A stretch of 57,828 nucleotides of DNA, the filler included, from Sphacelaria rigidula (taxonomy: Eukaryota): assembly GCA_964200075.2 (NCBI GenBank). It is 6 parts of 6 records of this genome, joined end to end, with 100 filler letters (N's around TTAATTAATTAA, not from the genome) between each part and the next. Parts side by side here need not be neighbours in the genome. Positions count along the whole stretch, not along the records: positions 48,275 to 57,828 come from CAXNAA020008236.1; 5 more parts are not named here. One strand, given 5' to 3'. Under the pieces are notes generated by a model. It ran no database searches. It saw nothing but the letters and a program-made list of their open reading frames with translations, and was not told the DNA's origin. A program made the translations under genes and the position numbers. This document shows, piece by piece, positions 48,275 to 57,828 of the stretch (its first letter is position 1; each line of letters opens with the position of its first letter).

Positions 48275-50240
48275 GCGCAACGCAATGGGGGAAGGATTCC
48301 TAACCCCTTTATCGCCCCTTTTTTTCGTGCACCCAAAGCCCCCCCCCCCCCCCTATCGTAGGATGACTCAGAACGACAACATCATGTACACTTTTCCGGG
48401 CCAGCCCGCGAACGCCAACAGGTGCACCTTGAGGCGAAAAACTCACCACAAACCACGTTTGTAGGTGCGCAAACACCTGGTTTTTTCGTACAAACTGAAT
48501 AATGGAGGTCCGACGTATGATACTTGGTTTTCACAAACGTCTAGCTGCTGAGGTACGCGTAACAAGATATGGTGCCTCACAACTCTTCCTCCCGCGTGCA
48601 ATCAGCGGTGACCGATGTTGCATACCCTCCGGAAGCATCGCAGTGTCATGTCTACCGGACGACCCCTACGCAACCATCAAGTGAGCGCAGCATCAACCAC
48701 ATGAAACCACAGCTTGGACGAAGTGCACAACGCAGCTGATTGGACAGACTAAATTCACAGAGTAAGAACTGATCAATCCTTGCGGAGAGGAGCATGCGCG
48801 AAAAACAGTTCTCAATAACCCAAATAGTACCAAAGGTGGATACCCGCCTCGATCCGCTCCTCCCAACCCGGCCTGCCTGCTCCTGCCGCCGCCACGAGAT
48901 GCTGCACCCCCGCCTCGATGAAAAACAAATGCTGCCGCGTGTACCCGACACAAAATTCAACGTGCACCGCCACATTCTGCTACTTTGCCGGGCATCCATC
49001 CTCGAAAATGAACGGCGTGATCGACTGCCCAGTCACTCGCTGCGCCTCCACGTCAGAGTATAGGCGTCTTCACCATCGAAATGGCATGGTGAGTCCTCCC
49101 TCGTCCGCATACGCATGACGCCTGTGCATCCTAATTACCACGTCTCAGCACAGCTTGTTGTTTCGATATCCCATCGTCACAGACCCCTAGTTACCCCGAC
49201 CCGCTGCCTCATCTGTTTCGCGCAGCACTCCATCTCGCCGCAGATGGGCTGCAACAGTAGAGTAGGGTGGGGTGCGCTTGCCGAACGCGAATCTAAAGTG
49301 AGGCCAGGGAATGCAGCAAACACCAGTGCGGCTAGAACGACCGTTTTCATCAACAGCCGCTAGCCAGAGCCTTCTCCGGTCACTTCAGGCGCATTCAACT
49401 CTTGCTGGGATGGTCATGCGTGGGTGTCCTGTGAAGAGAACAGCTCAGTTGTCCGTCACGTTGAACACGTCACAAGCCATTTTTCACAAATCCTGATGCG
49501 CTGACCTGCCTCCCTCACACGGCCACGACATGAACTCAAGACCAGTACACGCCATCAGCGTCATGACAAAATTTGATATTGATATGACGCTCCACACCTC
49601 GTTCCTCATGAAGCCAGGTGAATGGTGGTGCTCCGGTTATTTTCTCTCGAGTATCTTCTAGATGCTGTTGCCCATTGTTGCAAGTAGCACCGGCTCCGCC
49701 ATTGCTGCCGTAGCAAGCGGCCGCCTACTTACCTCCTCCAGATCAGGATCCTCCTCGGCCATGCTCGCTCATATCCTCTGGCTGTCGACAACTACTACTT
49801 CTCCACCGTCACGCTACAGCTACCCATCCCTCACAATTGTTTTCTGCTCCACATTGACAAAATGTATACCCCGAGCCCCCAGTGTAGGAACACCCTGCAA
49901 TGCCCCCCTCCCCCCTCCCTGCCCCCCCCTCCCCCCTCCCTTACGAGATACATAGCAATATCTATTGTGCGCCGCAACATGCAGTTGTTTTTAACCGCAT
50001 CCCCGAAGTTTCAACCCTAGTTGAGCCCCCTCACGTACACAATCAAAACAACAAGCATTGAAGAACCGACAACATACAGCACCGTCGACACGAACCAACT
50101 CGGCAAGATACCGCCAGCAGTAAAATCAGGCTCGACTACTTTTGGAACTCTCCTCTCACTCGGCATCGCCGCTGTTGTCTTACTGGTTACGCAACATACA
50201 AATGCAAGACTAGAACAATCAAAACACACACCACATTTGG

Positions 50241-52643
50241 CTACATCCAGGCGGGAGGCCTTTGCCCCTGGTCATATCCGCCACCCTTGCCTCGCCCGCG
50301 ACCTGGCCCTCTCCCCCCCCCCCCCCCCCCCCCGGTTCCCCTTCCTCCATTGCTGTGGCCAAGGCCGCCACCCCTTCCGGGTCCATCACCCGCCTTCCCG
50401 GCACCCGGAGCTTTACCCCTGCCGCCAAAACCGCGACCGCGTCCGCCCGATCCTCGGCCTCCTGGACCACGCCCGCCTTTTTCCCATGTTGTTGCATCTT
50501 GCTCTTGGTCGACATCTGCAAAGCGCGGTGATCTAGCGAGTGCATACTGCATGCTAGGCGGCACGGTGATCGAGAATCTCGTTGGTGGCACTTCGACGGG
50601 CGCCGCTGGAACCAGTGGCAGCGATTGGCGGTTTGGAGGCAAGTCGACTGCGTTGGCAGTCACTGTAAAAGTAGTCGCCGCCGCGGGCGCGGCGGAAGGT
50701 GCGGCAAATGTTCTCTTCTTAGAGCTAGCGTGCGACCTGCTTATACTGGCAGCGTCATCGTCCTCGGAGTTTGGTTCAGCATTGTAGCTGTCCCTCCTGT
50801 TGCGTGGACGCCGTTCAAGTCTACCACGTTCACTACTGTCACTCCTTGCCCTTTTCGCGCTCTTGTTCCGCCTTTCCTGATGCCTGTCGCGATCGTCCTG
50901 CTCATCATCGGAATTACGCTTGCCTCTGTATCCCCTGTCAGACACATTGCGTTGGGTGCGAAAGTCGCGGTATCTGTCATCGCGTCCGCCTCGGGAAAAC
51001 GGCGAGGATGAGCGCTCGTCAGAGTCAGAGTCGGAGTCAAAGTCGGAATCGGAGTCGTTTTTGCCATAGCGTTGGCGCCTGTTTTTTCTTATTTTGCCCT
51101 TCGTCTTCGACGTTGATTTTTTTGCTTTGCGGTCGTTATAATCCCTGCTTCTGTCTCGTACCTTCCCGCCTCGCTCCCTGCCACTGGTGCCGCCGGTGCT
51201 CTCACCATCGCGGCCACGGTTCCTCCAACCGCGCCCATCACGGTTCCTACTTTCGCGCTCGGCGCGCTCTCTGCCATCCCCACGGTATCCTCGCTTCCCT
51301 GAGGGGGAACGGCCGCGCCATCTGCGACCATCACGATCACGGCGATCACTCCGAGAACGACTACCGAACTCCTCTTCACTTCCGAATATCAAGATGTCGC
51401 TCCTGTCGTGGTGTCCAGGGTGTCCCTTGCTGCCGGAGCCACCACGTGCCAAGTCTCCACCTTTTCTTTGTGCATCGCGACCACCACGGATTCCGTTCAT
51501 ATGTGGTGGCGCCCTCTCGGGACTATGGCTCTGCGTGCGCATCTCCCGCCGCGGAGAGTCGCGTCTTCTCCCTCTGGAGTCGATGCTTGCAGTCACTTTG
51601 CGTTCAGCGGGATGTCTCGAACGACCGCCTCTACCGCCGCTGCCATCCGGGTATCCTTGGCTCTGGTGCGGAGGAAGTTCCTCACTGCGATACCTGATCC
51701 CTTGGCCGGCGTCGCCTCTATGTGCTGGTGGTTCACCGTGGTGCCATCCGCGGTGCTCAGGGCGGCGGTCGTCGCCGTGGCTCCGATCACGCATCTCGCG
51801 GCGGGGTACTTCGACAGCGTGAGGAGGTCCTCGCTCTGCCATGTACTCATCTCTGCCGTTGTGACGAGCTTTGTCGATATCGGAGTTGGGTAAAACCCGT
51901 CTTTCTCGATCCTCGGGCAGCCATGTTCTGCCCCCTTCCTGCCCCCTCCCCATGCCACTCCCTCCTTCGTTGACAACAGTACCGGGGTCACGAACCATGC
52001 CATGATTACCATGATGCTGGGGATTGAGAGGACGACTGGGACCACCACGACCGCCGAAGGCGTCACTTCTACCGCCCCTTTCACCTGCACCGCCGCCGCG
52101 CGGGTACAGCGGAGGGGGTGGACCATTGCGGGCATCTTCGGGGGGTTGACCACCGTCAACACCTCTCAAAGGCGGTCGATTAACTTCACCGTCTGCCGGG
52201 GTGGGATGTAGGGTCCGATGGGGAATTGTCATTCCCCCCATGGGTCGCACAGGACCGGGGACTGCGGCGGAGGCGCTCGGAGGAACACCGGCGGCACCAT
52301 TGACCACGGGTGGGCCGCGAAGGTTCATCCCATGAGCAAATTTGCAGTTCACACCAAATATGCAGCCATGACCCAGAGCAAAGAAGCGGCAAGGTAGCCG
52401 ACCCTCCGGACCCATGCCGTTGGTGTGCTTATGTTTCTCGAACCACGAGGACGCCTTGCGCATATTATCTGCATACTGGCGTAGGTTGTCGCGCATCATC
52501 AGGATCCTGTAAGTTTGCTCGTCCCAGACCGACGCCAGCAGAGGTTCTTGCCCCGCAGATACCTCACGCCGGACCTTGGAGGTCAGACCTTTCACGGCTC
52601 GAGCGGCCTCTTCATGAGAACGCATATGAACCAAGACGAACCC
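50241..52643 (-). CDS. LOTUS-RRM-CCCH RNA-binding protein, terminal exon (second half of RRM, CCCH finger, RS/RD- and RGG-rich tail)
   Basis: cag acceptor at 52644-52646. GFVLVHMRSHEEAARAVKGL (RNP1 plus helix 2) and CRFFALGHGCIFGVNCKFAH (C-x8-C-x5-C-x3-H). About 800 open codons to TAG. Confidence 0.85.
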   Translation of the reverse strand, partial: GFVLVHMRSHEEAARAVKGLTSKVRREVSAGQEPLLASVWDEQTYRILMMRDNLRQYADNMRKASSWFEKHKHTNGMGPEGRLPCRFFALGHGCIFGVNCKFAHGMNLRGPPVVNGAAGVPPSASAAVPGPVRPMGGMTIPHRTLHPTPADGEVNRPPLRGVDGGQPPEDARNGPPPPLYPRGGGAGERGGRSDAFGGRGGPSRPLNPQHHGNHGMVRDPGTVVNEGGSGMGRGQEGGRTWLPEDRERRVLPNSDIDKARHNGRDEYMAERGPPHAVEVPRREMRDRSHGDDRRPEHRGWHHGEPPAHRGDAGQGIRYRSEELPPHQSQGYPDGSGGRGGRSRHPAERKVTASIDSRGRRRDSPRREMRTQSHSPERAPPHMNGIRGGRDAQRKGGDLARGGSGSKGHPGHHDRSDILIFGSEEEFGSRSRSDRRDRDGRRWRGRSPSGKRGYRGDGRERAERESRNRDGRGWRNRGRDGESTGGTSGRERGGKVRDRSRDYNDRKAKKSTSKTKGKIRKNRRQRYGKNDSDSDFDSDSDSDERSSSPFSRGGRDDRYRDFRTQRNVSDRGYRGKRNSDDEQDDRDRHQERRNKSAKRARSDSSERGRLERRPRNRRDSYNAEPNSEDDDAASISRSHASSKKRTFAAPSAAPAAATTFTVTANAVDLPPNRQSLPLVPAAPVEVPPTRFSITVPPSMQYALARSPRFADVDQEQDATTWEKGGRGPGGRGSGGRGRGFGGRGKAPGAGKAGDGPGRGGGLGHSNGGRGTGGGGGGGRGPGRGRGKGGGYDQGQRPPAWM

Positions 52644-53963
52644 CTGATAGACACATCCAGGGCGAGGGGCAGGCGGGCGTGGTGGACAAAAGGTAGCGAG
52701 TGATCCAATAATCGACTACACTGTTTTGCCTCGTCGCCGCAGAGGAAGGAATGGCTCAATAAAACACGCCCGGACGAGCCATTCCAACCCCCAGCGTCAT
52801 AGAAACTATGATATTGAAATAAGCACCTCGGCCGCGATTCCCACCCAGATCCCCCATGATCGCTTGTGGTCGAGTTTGGCTTCTGAAATGTCCTTATTCG
52901 AGTGACAGCATGCCCTCTTGAATTGACTTTGATGATGACACGGGAACTGACCCCCCAGAAATCTAGCCGTGTTCCGAAGATGGACGTACCAAACAATATA
53001 ACAACGAAAACATTAGCATCTTTTTTTTTTAGAAATGGGATGAAACGCAGAGTGAACGGAGAAATCCAATGAAAACAACAAGGAAGGCGAGGAAGGAAGC
53101 GATAAATACCCCCAAGATAGATCTAGTACCGGTCCTGCTGGAAACAAAAATGAAGGGGATATTGAGCTCTTGTATGGAAATAAGCGCACAAGAGCCGATG
53201 ATCTTTCGCCAACTGATGTGTCTACATTTTTTTGGCTGATTCGGGGATGTATTTACCGCCATACGCAGGCACGTGGTGCACGCAGGCCATCACTACCGCT
53301 GGGATGGACGCAAATGACGCATTCTCTGCCCAGCTTCAGCAGTCGTGGTACTTTCAAGGCAGTGCTGGCGCACCTCATGCATGTGTTGGTGTTGCTCAGC
53401 ATGCTATACCATCTCGACCGTACTGATGCTGGTATGAGGCACACATTATCTCAGCGGCAAACAGTACAGTACATTGGTACTAGTGATTGTCCTCCACTGC
53501 ACGTAGTTTACACCATCAACGAGAGCTCAGCGGTCTGCAGCAACCGAGCGCAGCGATCTTGACACCATAGTGGGTCGGCAGCTTGCAAAGCCACTTTTTG
53601 GGCGCATATTTGAGTGGTCAGTGCTGACGTAGTACCTTGACCTCAAATTGAGCAGAATTTGGTCCTTTGCAGGGGAACATGATGGACCGTTCGACTGATA
53701 AAGACTATCAGAATGACGCACGGTCATGATCTGGGAAGCATCCTCTGATGATCGGGGAACGCACATGTCCACCACTCAAAAAAATGGAAACTCCTGCATT
53801 GTCGGCTGGTGATGCTATTCCGAACCGACTCTGAAGGTGAAAGGATTGCCTGGGGCTACGTACTCGGTCTGTCGCGGTCGAGTAAATTGCCCTTGTACCT
53901 GCGATCATACCGGCACCGAGAAAAACAAGACTTGCTGTGACATGAAACCAACGGATTCGTCAC

Positions 53964-56165
53964 CTCGAGAACTTCAATCTTGCCGACCACCCCGAACGGA
54001 GACACGAGGGCGTGAATGTGTCTTTCCGGGACAGCCGGATGCGTCCCCTTGATCATGAGTCGTGCACCTTCCCCCCGCCCGGTACCCGGCGGGGGCAACA
54101 CTGGCAACGGGGCTGTTTGCCTCCCAGGATGGCCAGGCGGGGCTCCATCGGTAGCCGCCGTTCCCACCGCCACCGCAGCAGGAGCAGAGGGGGGCAATCT
54201 GCCACCATGGTTACCAAGCCATCGGTTCGGCCGGTCAGGCCCTCCTCCAACTCTCTCATCACCGCGATCCTGCGGCCGGCTCTCCAGGTGTTCATTCTTA
54301 CGGTCGACAGCGGGAATAACGTCGATGCTGGCGTGCCGCTTTCTCGGAGGGCTGGGTCCGGCATAATCCTGAGGATGGCGCTCTCGGCGGGGCTCGCGAT
54401 GGATCGAAGCATCATTCGACCGATTGTCGTCGAAACTACCGCGCCACGGACCGCGGCGGTCACCATCGCTGACTGCCACGTCACGTAAGCTGCTCTTGTT
54501 CTCCGGCCGTGTGTCCGCTGCAGAATTTCCATCTGGACCATGGGATGGATTCCGGGGACGTTTCAACGTCTGTGGCGAAACTCTGAAGGTACCACCACTA
54601 CGCGCACGCTCAGCACGATCAGTGGATTCACCTCCACCGTTCTTATCTTTCTTACCGCCGCGAGCATCTGGTGTCTCGTGCCCACCGCGTCGATCACTGT
54701 GCGCAACCCCTGTAGGAGCCCCATCTGCACCCCTCACGCCGGCGGCCATCCCGGCGTATCCGCCACGAGCATCACCCGGCGCCATCTTTGCGTTTGGGCG
54801 GTCCGCCATCGACGCGTATCCCGCACGGGAACCAGCAGGCACCTGTTTGGGCTTGCCACTGTCTGCTCCACGCACAACTCTGGGGTCGGCAAGCGTGCTA
54901 TAGCCAGGCCGAAGATCGTCAGAGTCCGATTTATCCCTGCGGCCGTTGATCCGTCCACCGTTTGAGTGAGCGCGGCTTCCGATAGCACCCCTCGCATGCC
55001 GGTCGTCCCGCGTAGCCCTGGGGGATGGAGGAGATGGCTCTCTACGTGCGTGCCATTGCTCTTGTTTACTTCTCAACGCAGACGACGAGTCTTGGTGGCG
55101 TCGTTCCTCCGGTGAGCGTTGTCGCCCACCAGCCCCGTTGCGTCGCGGGCCGCTATCTCCATGATCGTGCTCGTAACGAGAGCTTCTAGCTTTGCCGCGG
55201 CCGCGATCCATCGAGTTGTCATTCACGCGCGAGGGCACACCAGCACGAGGGCGGCTGGGAGACCGGGAGCGGCTTCGGCGGCGATCGCTGCGCCTGCTGC
55301 CACTGTCTCTCCCTTTTGAGTCATCGTACCCGGACGCCCATGCTACCCGGTCGCGCGATGACTGCCGCCCTTCCCTGTGATGACCTCCCTTGCCTTCGTC
55401 CCTCCTCGCTCTCCCTCGCTCCGGTGATGAACGCCTGTCGCCACCGCGGCGGTCTCCTCGCTCCCGATAGCTCTCTTCTCCACCCGGTGATGAAGCTCGT
55501 ACACCGCGCTGTCGCTGCCGCTCCGACAAGAAACGTGTTTTCTCTTGCCCGCCTGACTTCTGCAAGGTCCAGTCCGCCGATGACCTACGTGCTCTGCCCC
55601 CTTGATCAAGGCTGCTACTCTGGCCCCAGCTGCGGCTACGGGAGCGGTCATCCTGTCGCGGACGGCGCTCCCAGTCCCGACTGGCTCTAACGTTCATTTC
55701 GGAAGAATACTCTCGGGATTCGCGTTCACCGACTCCCGGGTCACCACCTGCAAGGGAATTGGTCACGTTGAACTGCGTTCTGTTCGGTGGACCTCGAGGA
55801 GAGCTAGGCATGAAATTGCCCTGTAAGTAGCCGGCTCCGCCCGACATAACGGTTTCTCCTCTCCAGTCAGCGTCGCTGCCGTCGCCGGTCGTGAGAGCGT
55901 TCTTGTTAACGAACGTTCTTTTCAAGCTCTTGAGGGGCGCAGCGGCGTCGGCGTGCTGCTGACCGTCCGCGTGGACGTCTTCCTCGTCGCCGTACGTTTC
56001 GGCGTAGTCGTGCTGCGGGGCTGCATACGTACTGTTCATTGGAGCTGTTGAAGAAAGGTCGTCATCAGGAAATGCCCTCGTCAAACGGAGCTCGTTCTCC
56101 GGCGGCGTGGCCGCGGCATGAAAGTGTATGCCCCTCAACTGGCCACTGGTTACAAGATCCCGAAG
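53964..56165 (-). CDS. LOTUS-RRM-CCCH RNA-binding protein, central exon
   Basis: tttttgttag acceptor at 56166, 734 open codons. Starts LRDLVTSGQLRGI (end of LOTUS) and ends LMIKGTHPAVPERHIHALVSPFGVVGKIEVLE (first half of RRM). gtgacg donor. Confidence 0.85.
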
Positions 56166-56812
56166 CTAACAAAAACAGCAATAACGATTTACGGGAGCAA
56201 TTTCAGGGGAAGAGCCAGCAAGGGAAATGAGGTGAGCCACATCATAGCGAGGTGACTGTGGTATGCTTCTGTTGCCGCGCCTTGTCGCGCCATGTTATTA
56301 CGACGGCGACCGCACATTCATCTTTGTTCTATAAAAATTCTGCCACAGCTTCACCAGAGTGAGTGGACTCTCTGGCGGCGAAGACGCCACACCAAAATCG
56401 TGCTCAAGCGTGACCGGAAGACTTTTCGTGGCCCACGATCTCACAATGTCGTGGACGATCAAACTACCCTAGGCCATATCCTTGTCACGATGTATAGCAC
56501 TGCGGAGATTCACCGAAAGAGTGACGTGAGACCACCGACGTGACTATAGCTGCCTGTATGCATAGGCCTCACGGAGCATCGGCACGATCGGGTGGAACGA
56601 ATAACGATAGTTCACCACATATGTAGCGCGCCAACACAGCGGAAGAAGCCACATGAGGTCAACTCACAATACAGGATCGTTGGTAACCATTGCAACAAAC
56701 GCAACCACGAGGAAAAGATGCGCAAATACATGCAACAACGGAAGTACTCTCCTGATGGAGCAACGTCTTATCGCCAAGATTGTATCCCAACCCACAACGC
56801 ACCCACATTCAC

Positions 56813-57594
56813 CTTGTAACCTTCCAGGTTCAAAACATGACCAAACGTCCGCCGGTAAGCGGAAGCCGCGCACATGATCTGCAACTTCCCACCGGCCTCC
56901 ACCAGCACGCGATCAAGCTCACGTGTCAGTCGCTCGCACAATGACTCTGATTCATTAACCCGACCACCCCATCCACGCCCGGGTCCTCTACCGCCGCCTC
57001 TGCCTGGGCCTCGCCCGCCCCGGAGAGCCGCTCCCCGCCCCCCACGACCTGCTGCCATCCCCCGCCCAGCCGCCGGAGGTTGTTGCGGCGGCGGATCCTT
57101 ATACCCCCGCTTGGACGTGAGGGCACGGTAAAGAATATCACTGGGATCAACAGAGTCGGCATCATAACCGATATTGCTAGTGCCCAGGGCGGCGCTGTCC
57201 GCTTGCCCATCGCCTCCTCCTTTTGCAGTCGATGCCGGCGGTGTTTGAGGGATATTTTTTTTACCATCGCGGGAAGCGGACAGAGCGCCAATGCGAGAAA
57301 GCGCATTCCCTCCGCTTGAATTTGGGGCGGTGGCGGAGGGTGGCTGCGTGCTTCCCCCATCAGAGAATGCTGTTGGTGACGATTGGTCACCTTCCGCCGA
57401 CGCCGGTGGTGGCGCCCTTCGGGAACCGGCACGGCCGCCAGCGGGAGAAGATTTCTCGTTAGCTGGAATAGGGAAGCCAAGGGCGGAGGGGGAGACGGCG
57501 TCTGCTGCAGAAGAAGCGACTGAACCTACTGCGCTCGACAACTCGGTTTTGATGCTTTGTGGTCGGGATGCTTGGCTATCCCTCGTTCCCGGAC
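56813..57594 (-). CDS. LOTUS-RRM-CCCH RNA-binding protein, upstream exon (RGG tract and first part of LOTUS/OST-HTH)
   Basis: cag acceptor at 57595-57597, gtgaat donor. LTRELDRVLVEAGGKLQIMCAASAYRRTFGHVLNLEGYK fits the OST-HTH pattern. Confidence 0.8.
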
Positions 57595-57828
57595 CTGTGT
57601 ACGCACGATCATGTCAGCGGGTTGACAAGTGGATACGTGCACAGTTGGGGCACGGGCTTGTTAAAGTGATTCTCTGGCTCTCACGCGGCCATCTAAAATG
57701 TAGAATCGGGTAGTCTGCTCTTTTCAATTGCCTTGAAGGGGAGGGGTGGGGTGGGGGGGGGGGGGGGGTCCCCTTTTCTTGCTCGCCATAGTCGTTTGAC
57801 CATTGACCTCGCATCCCTTCCATGCCGG

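Noticed and set aside
50262-52696. Long plus-strand ORFs (e.g. 50771-51697, 51187-51822)
   Set aside because: Antisense shadows of the GC-rich low-complexity minus-strand exon.

Overview
This window is not one contiguous locus. It is six fragments of almost equal length (1-9555, 9656-19210, 19311-28865, 28966-38520, 38621-48174, 48275-57828) joined by identical 100-nt artificial spacers (N44-TTAATTAATTAA-N44), so gene neighbourhood across spacers means nothing. The DNA is eukaryotic: short GC-rich exons with GT..AG introns of up to about 6 kb that are filled with repeats shared between fragments, which points to one genome (the style suggests a brown alga or other stramenopile; inference only). 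By hand-splicing I recover partial genes for a non-RD protein kinase, the class III PI3-kinase Vps34, a DEDDh 3'-5' exonuclease, a Bub2/Cdc16-type TBC GAP and a large LOTUS(OST-HTH)+RRM+CCCH RNA-binding protein, plus two unassigned exons. The introns hold two tRNA-headed SINE families, several non-autonomous DNA transposons (hAT-, PIF/Harbinger-, Sola2- and Tc1/mariner-like by TIR and TSD) and foldbacks. The most unusual signal is a ~66-bp structured element with about 14 copies, most abutting a poly-C/poly-G tract. Several copies carry 8-15 bp target-site duplications, and the same unit forms the terminus of two longer repeat families.
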